NCBI GenBank assembly: GCA_907165135.1
Contig: OU015568.1
Span: 11,718,001 to 11,782,000, forward strand
DNA length: 64,000 nt
Reading direction: 5' to 3'
From: Oikopleura dioica
Taxonomy: Eukaryota; Animalia; Chordata
Shown here: piece by piece, positions 12,901-25,207 of the stretch
How the letters are laid out: each line of letters opens with the position of its first letter
Position numbering within the stretch: the first letter of the stretch is position 1
Notes under the pieces: generated by a model
Seen by the model: the letters and a program-made list of their open reading frames with translations, nothing else
Told to the model about the DNA's origin: nothing
Database searches by the model: none
Position numbers and translations under genes: made by a program

Positions 12901-15900
12901 GTTCTCTTTGCTATCACAGACGCTTACAGAAGAATCACTTTCTTTGGACTCGAGCTTAGGGCCGAAGCAGATGGACAGATTCAAGTGAATGTCTACTGGA
13001 CCGATGAAGATCAAGAGCAAACGCAACTTGGACAAGTTTGGGACTTCAATCAAAAGTCAAGCCAGAGCAAATGGCTCAAGTAAGAATCCATGGAAACATA
13101 GAAGAGAACCATCACTTCTCTTTTTTAGATTCGCCATTACTGTTAGTGGTCAGACTGCCATGCTTCACACTGGATGCAACATGGGCATGACGAAATCGCT
13201 CCAACGAAGCGAGCCAAAGCTCAACATCAAAGCCAACTATAATTTCTACCTTGCCAAGGGCGACAATTACATGCGCCACTACATTGGTGACATTCAGGTT
13301 TTTATCGACCTGTTGATTAATCTGAAACAAGTCCTAGGAACTCCGAATTGTCGAAGGCACCGAAGCTGCCGACGAGTACTTTTGCGATGAAGTCGGCACT
13401 CGCAGCAACCTTCCAAACTCTCTTGCCGACGAGCCCGAAGCGTCTGGCGATGACTTTTCTGATCTCATTTCTGATGATGAAGAAGTCGGGGTAAGAAATC
13501 TCTCTATTCATAATTAAAAATTTCCGATAAACTTGTCTCAAGGGGAGAATATTTGCTCTCTTCCTTGATTTCAAGTTTTTCTTTGACTTCATTTTACATT
13601 ACATACCAAGGGTTATTCATTCGTTTTCGGCTCACCGCCGAGAGTTCCTGTAAGTTTATACGTCGTTCAAACGATATATTCGTGCACCGATGATCGTTGA
13701 CTGTCAGAGTGTCTACGCTAGAATTTGCATTTTTGCTATTTTTCAACGCATAATTTATGCTGCATAAGGTCCCTAAAAATATAAAATTTGTAAAAGCATC
13801 AAACACATTGATATTAAAAGAGTCTCCTTAGAACGACCCGTCTCGCTTTATTTTCTACGACGAGGTTGACGGTTCCGGGGATGGAGCCGCTCCCGGCCAA
13901 GTTGTCGATTGGGACGATGAGGACTTGTTTTTCTCGATGAGGAACACATCGATCCCTAACATTGTCATTCCGGTTATTGATCAGTATTGGGAGGAGGTGA
14001 AGGTGTAGAAACGTAGGGGCTGAGGTTTCAATATTTACGGCAATTGAAACCTAGGGAGATCTTACATACCGCGAATATTAAGATTACTTATAAAAAGGTG
14101 CTAGAAACTAACATAGCTCGCCAATTTATTTACTAAAACGCTAATTTTCTTCAACTTGCGGCCTCAACTTTTTCAGTCAAATTGACCCCAAGATATCTTC
14201 TAGTAGATCTCGATAGGTCCGAAAAACCTGCTTCAGTGAAAATATGAACCATATATGCAGAAATATGGTACACTCATTTTTTCATTCGAATCGTGTCGTC
14301 AAGTACCATGGTTTGAAATATTAAGTTTCAAATCAGCAAATCCGGTGTGCGGTGCAAACTATGAGCCAATGTTGCTTTCTTAAACTGTCTTTTTAGTCGA
14401 TTGGAATGCCGACTGATTCCTCCTCTTCTGTATCAGGTAAAGTACCAACGTTACTGGTGAACTCAGCATTCGGTTATTCCGAGTAGTGAATATTTAACAA
14501 ATGCAGGGCTTTTTATAATCAGGTTCTTGTCAAAATGGGAAATTCTCCTCTTGAATTTGTCTTGACAGCTTTGACTTAGACAGCATCAAGCATGGTGTTA
14601 TGGCTTTTGTAGTAAGAATCAAACTTGCTGCATGGCTTTTTGGCTCGTCCTAGCTTAGCTTTCGCTCGCTAAGTTTTAACATGGTGATTCTCTATAATTC
14701 GTATATCGATTGTGGATATACTTGGTGTTCATAACAACCTACGAAACTGCTTCAACGGAATATTTTATTGAAGATCCATTTGCTGATCCTTTCTTCACAG
14801 ACAATTCGCTTCTCCCGCCGGACTCTGAGTCTCTTTTCGTCGACGAAGGTACGTCTACTTTTTAAATATTCTGTAAGAATGTTCCTTTCAAAAGAATTTT
14901 TAAAATAATTATCGATTATGTAATCAAGGCTTTTCTGATCAAAGGAAGCTGTGTCCCCAAAAGTCATCAATCCGCAAATTTAAAATTGGCTTCTGACCTT
15001 TTTTGATCCAGTCACAGCTGAGTTTAATTGCTTAATTTTCAGAGCTTGCAGTGCTCAACCCCTAAGGCGAGTGCAAATTTTGGCAGTGCGCGTAAAAAGT
15101 CCCCCGGAACCCTCCATAGCTTTGTCAACTTTTAAATTGCCGCCGGGCGCGTTTATAACATGTGTGCCCAAACACGCGGCAAAAGTTCGGAAAGTTTTCA
15201 TTATTGCTACTGTACACAAATAACTTCCTTGCTGCTGAGAAGAGCAATGTGCAGCCCGGCTCCTTTGATCAGAAAAGGACAATTGCGGGCTCAGATTATT
15301 GGAAGCGAAGAAATAAGGTTAAAAAGTTTTAAAATAGGGAGTTCTTAATGCCCCGGAAGTAGTGAAAGATTATGTGAGGCGGTGAAGAGGATTGAAAGTT
15401 GTCTTAAAAGCTGGTATTGCATAATCTACAACAGAAAAAATATGTCCTGTTTTGTAATAAGGAGCATCCCAGCGGATTAGTCGTGATTCTCCTGCCATTT
15501 GTTACGAGTTCCACCGTCAATATTTGCACCTTGCGCCACTGTTGAAATTCAACATGACATTGAATGTCTCAAAATGTATAATTTTGGGCGAATGCATATT
15601 TTCACACGGAATTTCGAGCAAATTTGAACAAGTATAAATTTCGCTCCGAGGCTCAATTTTCCTCGTTGGAGAGCACTTGAATAGATTAATTGACAGTAAA
15701 GGGAGCAACTTCTTTTATTCGGTGAATTTTATGCAGGTACCAGGGGAAAGTTCGATTTTTTGGGGATTTTTTTTATTCAAATTTTATTCAAATCTTCGGA
15801 TTACTGTCTTCTATCATTCGATATTCTGGCATATTTCTAAGAAGGATTCTGTTTTCTATTCTTTATTATAAAGTTTGCTTGAAAAATTGAGCCAAGATTG

Positions 15901-18900
15901 AAAATATAACTTTCTAGTGTGTCTTTTTTCTCATGAAGATTGAGTGCCAATAATATCGTGTTCCTATTATCGCTGTTAGTAAGGCTTTGAGCAGCTGTAT
16001 TTTGCGATAACCTGTTATCCGTTGGGTTTCACGGTTATGGCGAGCAAAATGAGGACTGTTAGCAGCGATATCGACAAAACATACTCCCATATGTCATCTC
16101 GTTTCCGGCTCTATCGATTGCGATTTCAGGCACCAGCCCAAGTCATTCCGCAAATTACCTGTAATAGCCGGAGATTTCACACAGTACTTGCTTATTTATT
16201 AAAAGATCTTCTGTTTTAATGGGACCATTATTAGGAAACGTAGTAGAAGAGTATCAACCGTTTCACAATTAAATAATATAAATCAGCAAAGTTAAAAATT
16301 TCACTTGTGGTGTTTAAATATACCGCAAGCATACCCTCTCTAAGCATAAAGATAGCGAGACATACACACTTCCGGGGGAGTTCTTTATTGATTCTTTGCG
16401 CTTCCCGAGCGAAAATTGAAAAACATCTGTGGATTGTTGAAGCGGCCTCGAGAAGTTCAAAGAGGCACAAATACATTAAGCACCTCCTCTATTTGACCTT
16501 TTCAATCTGTGGCCTCGATTGATCTGTCACCGATCACTACTTCGCTTTTTCTAATCTGACGTTTATCGCGCCCTTTTAGTATTCATGGACGAAAAAAAAT
16601 GAAAATAAGTTATCCTTCTACATTTACCAAAAACTTTAGCTGCCCTGATGAACAACCTGATCAGTCCAGACCTGGTCACTCCTGTTCCCGAAACCACCAC
16701 TCATCAAGAGCCAAAAGCCATGCACAGTGAAAATGGTAAAAATACCCACAACAAAACCATGATCAAAATGTTTCAAAATCGTCACCCATTTACTTTTATA
16801 GTAATTTCGAGGATAAGCCAAAAAGGATAAAATTCAAAAACCGAGATAAAAGACCCGTGACATTTAGCAAAAGGGCTGCATGCATCATTTGGGGATTCGG
16901 GCACGCGCTTCCTGCGCTTTCAAATGAATACGCAGGGCATTGTAGCAGGAAGTCATAAGGATATAAAGCTCGGTCAGGTACAACCGTTGACCTTGTCGAA
17001 AGTAACCCTTTATTTGGAGAAAAACAAAACAAATTCGAAAATAACGGCGCGGGGTTTTCATCTTGTCCGACATCTCCGATGCTTTCACCGGAAAGAATCG
17101 GCACTTTGGAGTTTATATTTGTGAAATTTCACTTTCTAAGTAACGCGAATTTGAAGAGCACAAAAGTTTTAAAATTCAATAATTTTTTTTTCAAACTTTC
17201 AGTAGAGGGCGCCGCAGCGCGCGCATCGTATGGGGAGTAGGGGCGCCCTGAACCATTGAAAAAATTTTTGCGCTGCGAATTTTTACCGTCTCTCTCAAGA
17301 CTTTCAAGCCCAAAACAAAAGAAGAGTATTCTGAAGATAGAGTTTTTGGACTGATTTTTTGAACAGACATTGATGAATTTTCTTCGAATCTGAAAACAAC
17401 GAAGAATATTTTTGAAGATGCGAGAGATTTTTGCGATACTACTAGGGGCTCAAGGAATAGGTTTAAATTGATATATTTCGGTAAATTCATCCACGAATTT
17501 TCCAAAGAAAATCATCAATAAAACCTAAGCAGCAACAAATCTGCAATTTGCCAGAAATTCCGAGGTCATCCCTTTGACAGAAGCCCAGAAACTCGGAATC
17601 GTTAGAGCTCACAACATCTACAGAAATGCTGTGGTCCCTAAAGCTGCGAATATGAACGCTCTTTTGTGGTCAGAGCAGTTGTCCTTCAGGAACTGATTTA
17701 GACCTTGGCTTTTTCGCCCATTTGCTTGGCTCCTGAACTTGTTTTTCTGAATCAGTTTACCAGAGCTCTTGAATGGGCCCGCCACTGCAAGGACCAAAAT
17801 CAATCTCCTCCCTTTCGCGATCCATTTTGGGGAGCTCTAGGAGAAAACCGCTTCGTCTCCACTTCTTCGTCTTTTGAACCAGACCGAGCTGTAGATTTAT
17901 GGTGGTCTGAAGGAAAGCGTCATTAATTTTTCATGTAGTTTTACTCTTTTACAGCCCTTATATAATTTTTGCTAATAGAGAACAGGGTATACGAAAAATA
18001 ATAATAGGGGAAGCAAAAGTCATGTTTTCGGGAAAATACGGTCCTGCGTAAGAGTAGGCTTAATCAACATAGGGATGTGTTAGGAAAACAAAATGATCCC
18101 AAAACAATCCCGATGCGAAAGGGCCCGGTCAAGTTCATCTATTTTTATCAACAGGGAGGATGCTTACACTGTTGATAATTTATCAATGATAAATATTGAG
18201 CCGGGGAAAAGATGACCTTTAATTTTCGTTAACCAGATCAGCATATGGTCTATACGGTTCTTTCGCTCAAACGGGAAGGGCGAATTCATGACAAATTGAT
18301 TTTTGCGCTTTGGAAGGACTAATTGATAATTTCCTGAAAAATGATCATTTAACCTTCGAGCACCCCCGCGACGCGGAATTGATTTCTTTGTTTTGACGCT
18401 TCAAAAGGCAAATTTTATAATATACAGACCGACATGTGCAAGATGGGAAAGGACGGGCTTCAAAGTCACTATGAATTGCTCGCTCGACTTATGTAACATA
18501 AGTTATGTTGATAAATTTCATAATGAATTCTTGTTTTGTAAACACCTTCGCGAGTTATTAGCGACTTTGACCCCTAATTCAGCAATGTGACCGTTTTAAA
18601 CAAGTGGTTGCCGCCCAGGCGCGGTGGGTTGGCTGTGCCGCTGTAGGAATGGTTTTTTTCTTAAGTGAATATTTGATGAATTATTGATGGGAAATTTAGA
18701 CGACCGTATATTAACTCTTCTAGTGGTAAAAGGGATCAACGCTAGGCTCAAGCTCAAAGGCGGCCTCAGGATCCGATATCCCAGCTGGCAATGTTTCACA
18801 GAGTAATTTCCCCGAGTTCGGATAATCTCACGTGTTCGGTGCCGCCTCCACCTCCTTGATCTGGTTGCACCAAAATTTATGTTTTCGCGGTCCTCGCTCT

Positions 18901-21900
18901 GCTTGGATTAACGGGGTATTCACGTATCTAAAAGAAGTTGCGTGAGAAAAATTAACTCATCTTTCAAGAAATGTAATGCCTAAAATGATGTTCAAGGAAC
19001 TGAAAACTCACTAGAGCGATTTTTGTTCTATAAAGATAAACTCAGCTATGTAAAGATGCTCGTAATTACCACAGCGGGATCGAAAAAGCCATCATAAAGG
19101 ATGCGAAAAATTAAAAACAAATGACGGCGAATGGCACTTTTCCAAGATCCTCGTATGCAAATACGCGCCGACTGGCGGCGAAATCGGCCGCCCATACTTT
19201 CAAGGGGAAAGTTGCTCGCAATGTCGGCCACGTGAGCGGTGCCTCTTCGGCTTATGCATCCATCCCGACGACGCAGCGCAGCTTGAAATGATGATGATGC
19301 TCGATTCTAGCAGTAATTACTCGCGCGACCATTCTACAGCTGCCAAACGACCTGCGAGGACTGACACAAACGCCGTTGCCTACGTAGATGGAGAAGAAAA
19401 CCGAGCGTTAGATACGAGAATGATCAGCGAGGCTCAAATCGAAATTGAAAAGTCTGACAAGGAGTTTTTCGATACCTACAGATTCGATGACTATGAAACT
19501 GGAGATTATGAAGTTCTCACGATTCCGGAAATTTCCGCATTCACTGGATTGGACTACGACGAGTCCTTGTATGCAAACGAAACAGACAACTACGATTATT
19601 ACGAGGACTATGACAGCGGCGATCTTATCCCTCCAACGCCAATGACAGTGCCTGAGTTTTTAGACCAGGAAAACGATATTGGTAACTCGGGACTTTCACT
19701 TTTTAGGGATTTAGCACTGTTTGACTTCAGCCCCTTTTTAGTAATCCCTCTTTCCCCGGATGAATTTTTATGACTATTCGGACCTCGTGACCTTTGAATG
19801 CCGCTTAGATGAACGCTAGTATTAACGAGGTTGCTTCGAGGGTCACGCGCGTAATGACCACTTTGTTGCTTTATGACTTCATCTTTTTTCATTATCGCAT
19901 TATTGCTTTGCAGGATTATGTCACACATGCAGGCGCATTTCCAATATCGTAAATGCACGACTTACGTAATGTTTTCAGCCCCCGGTATGCCCGGACCTGC
20001 TGGACCACAGGGTGAAAGAGGGCCTGAAGGACCAAGAGGAGCTGATGGAAAGGATGGTGAACGAGGACCGGCTGGAGCCTATGGCCTCCCGGGCAAAGAC
20101 GGAGCTGATGGAAAGGACGGCATCAATGGATCTAATGGAGAACCAGGACAACGAGGGCCCGCTGGTGAGCGTGGACCCGAAGGACCTACTGGGCCTGCTG
20201 GACCAGTCGGACCAGCTGGACAAGATGGATCTCAAGGTCCTCAAGGTATGCACTCAAGTTTGATTTTCATAGTTTCATATTTTCTCTAGGTCCTCAAGGA
20301 GAAAGAGGTGAAAAGGGCGACCGCGGTGATCCTGGCAAAGATGGCATGCACCCTAACGAATTCTGGGACTCTTGGAGAGACTTGACTGACGATTTCCCCG
20401 ACTACCCAGACTCATTCAAGGACCGCTTCGAAGAGGGAAGTGGCCTGGTAAGTTCGCATAGAACCGCTACCAGCAAAAAAACTTTATATACAATATTTAT
20501 AATTATAAATATTTTAACATAATTTTATATTTTTAATGCATACGCTCTTTTATCAGCTAGTAGTGAACCGATAAAAATTATGCATTAAAAACTAAATAGA
20601 TTTCAAGCTAAAAATGTGGTGGGACCGCCATGGCCAAGAAAGCCCGGATGGTGTTAATGCAACACTATTTTTTGTGCCAAACGTGGACTGCAAAACTCTT
20701 GGTCATATCGTGAAAGAAATAAGGCAACAGTTTTTCGAAATCACCAATGCTTGGATTTCTGCTGCCAGATATTGCTTTCACGATGAAAATGACTCGTTTG
20801 ATGAATTTGAAGAAAATGAAGCTAGTAAATTCGCGAAGTACTTTGTCCCTGAAGGAAATTTTGAGAAATAGATCAATAAGAATCTTTTTGACTTTTTAAA
20901 TCCTTCAAATAAGAGTTTTCTGCCCGTGGAAGCGTTTTGATCTTGGACTACCTGTCTCTTTATTACAAAGAGATTCTTCATAATGAGACAGAATTCGAAA
21001 CTCATTCGATAAAACGAAGAGAGCTCGAAAGTCTCCATCACGAGGCCAGGGCGCTTCGTAATTTAGACAATTTGCTGGTCGCAAGTCCTGAAATCGAAAC
21101 CGAGGGATCAGCCGATAACTTCGAAAGTATTGGAGTTGACTTTATACCCGATATGTTTTTCGACTCATCCTCGAGCTCGTCTGACTTTTCTTTCTACGAC
21201 GATGTCAGCAGTGCTGATAGTTTTTCGTCAGCTAAAGCTGAGGAGGTTACTTTTTGTCTGGAAAGCACATTTTTTTGAAAGTCACGATTTTGCGGGCACT
21301 TTTTTGCACATTTGAAAGCTTGTTATCACTTAGAAGCTAACATGTTGTTACAAATACTAAAAATCTATTTAATTCACTTACACTTTGAAACACTCTCAAT
21401 AGGGACCCTTTGATGCTACTCAAACTGGACCTGTCGGACCACAAGGACCCGCTGGCCCGCCTGGACCTCCCGGACCTCCTGGACCACCTGGACCTGGTAG
21501 CGCAGAGTTTCGAACAGACAGTGGCTCCCCAATGCTTGTAAGTAAAAACTCCTCTAAACGACAAAATAATTGTCTAAGATGGGAGAGATTTTCCGACCTG
21601 GGCAGAGCCTTCGTGAGCCAATAAGCCCCAACGGAGATCAACGAAGAATCGTATTAGGAAACGGACAACTATGGCCTGTAAGGGTTTTGTTGACATTGAG
21701 TTTCATATTTTTGCGATTTTTTATTTCGAAAAAATCGATCTTTTTTGTGTGATTCTGAATGATAAGAAAAATAACACAGAGATTAACCAATTTTTAGGGA
21801 CCAGTTGGACCTCCTGGACCCAAAGGAAACAAAGGCGATAAAGGAGATATGGGAGAAAGAGGTAAAGATTTATTTGATGGCCCAGATAAAAAACGTAAAA

Positions 21901-24224
21901 ACTAGGACACGAAGGTCCTGTTGGCCCCATGGGTCCTGCTGGTGAAGTTGGTGCCCCCGGTTTCTGTACTGTGATTCCTCTTGATGCCAATGGTGTCGAT
22001 ATCGCCGCATCTTATCGAGGAACGCGCCCATCGAATATTGCTGATGTTCCAGAATGTCCACAAGGAGCTCAAGGTGAACCTGGCGTTGCTGGACCCCAAG
22101 GACCACAAGGACCTGCCGGACAACGCGGAGAAACTGGCCCAGAAGGACTCAAGGGTGAAAAGGGCGAAGCTGGACTTGATGGACAAAATGGCATTCCTGG
22201 CCTTCAAGGACCACCTGGTGCTGACGGACTACGTGGCGAAGACGGTCTACCTGGCATTCCTGGTATCGATGGTATCTCTGTCAAGGGCGCCACTGGTGCT
22301 AAGGGTGAACGTGGTGAGCCCGGTCCACCTGGTATTGCTGCTGAAGTCGGCGAACTTGTTTCTGTTCCTGGACCAAAAGGAGAAAAGGGTGCTGCTGGAG
22401 AGCCCGGTGAATCAATCGTTGGTCCTCCTGGACGAAACGGTGAACAGGGAGAACAAGGACCTGCTGGTCAAATGGGTATGCCTGGCAGACCAGGACGACC
22501 TGGCGAAGATGGTCAACCTGGTGCTCCTGGACCAATGGGACCTCCTGGACCCGCTGCTGCCGTTGTTGCTGGTGAACCAGTTGTTGGACCTCAGGGGCCT
22601 CCCGGAAAGGACGGTCTTCCTGGACGACATGGAATGGACGGCAAAGACGGGCAGCAAGGTCCTCCTGGTGAACGTGGTCCACGTGGTTACGAAGGTCCTC
22701 CCGGTCAGCACGGTCCTCCTGGACCTGAGGGCACTTGCACAACTACTGAATGCTCTTGCTGTATGTTTATATATAATAATGAGAGCATAAATAAAATTTA
22801 GCGGCTAAATACGACACCGTACCAGAAATGAATGACAAATTCTTCGACCACGAAGACGGTGACATGGCCTTTGTTCATCGCGAACAAGAAACCTTCATCA
22901 AGACCTCAAATGGCTGGCGACCTATTCTTATGGGACCAGCCATTCCACTTCCGGTATGATTTAAAATTTTCAATAAGTGCAGCGATAAATTTAAAATTTA
23001 AAACAGTGTGATACCGACAAGAAGGTAAAACTTTTTTTGATGAATTTACTGAAGCTCATCGTTTGGATTGAACTTTTAATTTTATCTGACAAGTTTTCAA
23101 TGCATAATTGATATTTACTTTTACACTAATTTCATGGGTTTATTCTAACTTTCAATAAGCTTATCAATTTTTCCACGAATAATTTTAGAGCCAGAATAGC
23201 TACAAAAAACCAACTCCATCAACTACTCATTCAACAACTCGAGAAGCAACAACTCGAAAAACAACGACTACGACTACAACTAGAGCAACCACTACTCGTC
23301 GAACTACCACCACTGAGCGTGCTGAAATCAAACGAACAGAAAGGCCAACATACAAGCCAGTTCCCGCTCCAACTACAACATCCACCACACAAAAATCTAC
23401 CTCAAGGTAACTGCTTATGGATATATATTATATTTTCTTTGTAGAAAAAGAGCAAAATCTTTATCAATGATATAATTATATCAATTAATAATTATTAATA
23501 AGAAATGACTTTGCGCCAATCGCCGCACGAAGAGACTGTACTGGAAAGAGAATCAGACTTGTCGCTCTTGATGTGCCAATGTCCGGCCTTACTCACGGTG
23601 TCCGAGGATTGGACCATCGATGTTACAATGCCGCACGATCCAGCCGCCTCCGAGGCACCTTCCGTGGCTTCGTCTCCGCCGTCGTCCAAGACATCAACAC
23701 CATCGTTCGTCGAAGCGAACGATATGACTATCCAATTTGCAACTCAAAGGTAACTCAAAGACATTTCAAAAGCAACTCCTAACGATACTTCAAGGATGAA
23801 TTGCTCTTCAACTCCTGGAGCGAACTTTTCTCCGAAGAAAGCAACATGGGAGCCCTTTACGGCAAATCGATCTATTCATTCTCAGGACGAGACGTTCTCA
23901 CTGACCGTCGATGGTAATTCCAACTGTTCTTTTCTTATCCAACCCAGTTTTTCAGGCCCAACAAGTCTATCTGGACCGGCTCGACCCCTGACGGTCGACG
24001 AAACCCATCAAAGTACTGTGACGGCTGGCGATCGGCTAATTCTAACAACGTTGGCCTTTCTAGTAACCTCAGGTAGCATTTCGAAACAGACAAGACTATG
24101 CTGTAAGAAACATGAGCTCAAATTTTTATTTAGAAATGGTCTCCTGAACCAGCAAGTCTCAAAATGCTCCGAGCGCAAGGTCATCCTCTGCGTGGAAAAC
24201 GCCGCGTCGGATTCTGGCCACTAG
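9999..24224 (+). CDS. COL18A1: Multiplexin collagen (type XV/XVIII-like): TSPN domain, interrupted Gly-X-Y helices, trimerisation domain, endostatin
   Basis: TSPN: EIDLTAVVQ...FPTFRF (12097-12602), GGVLFAITD (12881-13079), FAITVSG...C (13129-13297). Linker exons 13338-13490, 13832-13996, 14397-14436, 16640-16738, 19340-19681. Gly-X-Y exons 19979-22760. Trimerisation exon 22802-22953 (DGDMAFVHREQETFIKTSNGWR). Endostatin LVALDVPMSGLTHGVRGLDHRCY...KSIWTGS...KYCDGWR...VILCVEN to stop 24224. All joins are phase-compatible. 5' exons (9999-10053, 11467-11543, 11784-11904) are less certain, and COL15 vs COL18 orthology is not resolved. Confidence 0.9.
17367..18646 (+). CDS. CAP/SCP (CRISP/PR-1) domain exons inside the collagen intron 16739-19339
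   Basis: Exons 17367-17480, 17530-17689, 17764-17912, 18408-18451 and 18583-18646 give LTEAQKLGIVRAHNIYRNAVVPKAANMNALLWSEQLSFRALEWARHC...GENRF...AVDLWWSEGKFYNIQTDMCKMGKQCDRFKQVVAAQARWVGCA, a near-gapless CAP consensus. 3' end unresolved. Confidence 0.85.
20608..21245 (+). CDS. Two-exon non-collagenous cassette (about 190 aa) in frame with the collagen
   Basis: Acceptor ttcaag at 20607 (phase 0), GA-AG intron 20855-20913, donor gttact at 21246 (phase 0). No stops; acidic and Ser-rich. Confidence 0.55.
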
Positions 24225-25207
24225 AATCTCTTCCAAGAATTGAAAAACTCTATCTTGCCGAACCAACAACTACAACAACATATTTCGTACACCGAAGCCC
24301 ATCTTGACCACGAAGAAACTTCAATACTACGCAAAACTGAAAACACCAAAAACAACCTGTAAATTGTCTTCCCTTCCAGTTCAAAAACGGATCTTCCCGC
24401 TGATCTGACCTCTTTTAAAAACCCAAAATTGAGGATGAAAATCTGGGCCATTTCGAGGCGCAGTGCCTGGTCATGGCCCAAGTTTTGAAAATACAACCAC
24501 TTTTCCGCCTCAGTGTCTAAAAACAATCCTGTACAAAAGAAACAAAAAAGTGTACTGTTACAAGCAATTTTCCGAAATTTCTTCAACTATATAAACTTCT
24601 ACTTAGGTTTTTTAATTATCAATTTCCGACCTCTCAAAACTGGCGATAACGTAAATATTCAACTGTTTTTCAGTCAACCTAAAGTGCATACTATCATTGC
24701 TATCCTGTAACTGACACAATTTAATGTAACAGCATACTTTTCATAAAACACAAAATAAACTCTGACAATACCAAATTCGAAGACTTTGTTAAAATTTGAT
24801 TGATTCCAATGCACAAGGGCTTGTCCATCAAAATTCTAGAGGAAAGCGCTGAGCATTCAACTGACAGTTGAAAAAGCTTTGATTGATCTGACATTGTGAC
24901 GTGGATCTTTTGTTCTGGCGCTAGAAAGAGTGCTCAACTCGGCGGACAAAAAGTGCTGATCTCCAACCTCCGTGAGCATGATTGGTTGGTGGCGCTCAGA
25001 ATATCCGAACAACGTGGGCGGGATGATTATTCTCCATCGACCTTTTGCTCCAAGCATCAGAATACGCAATAAAATATACAAAAAAGAGAACTTTTGTAGA
25101 CGAGCTGACAAAGATTTGGCCCCGCGCCGCAAACGAAGACTGCAGATTATGCATTTCGATTGGGAAAATAAACAACAGAGATAACAACGACGATAAAAGA
25201 CTGAACA

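Noticed and set aside
14752-17124. Short ORFs in collagen introns (14752-14970, 16231-16476, 16796-17104)
   Set aside because: No family similarity and could not be linked into a gene.
21981-22790. Long alternative-frame and antisense ORFs over the collagen exon
   Set aside because: By-products of Gly-X-Y codon periodicity.
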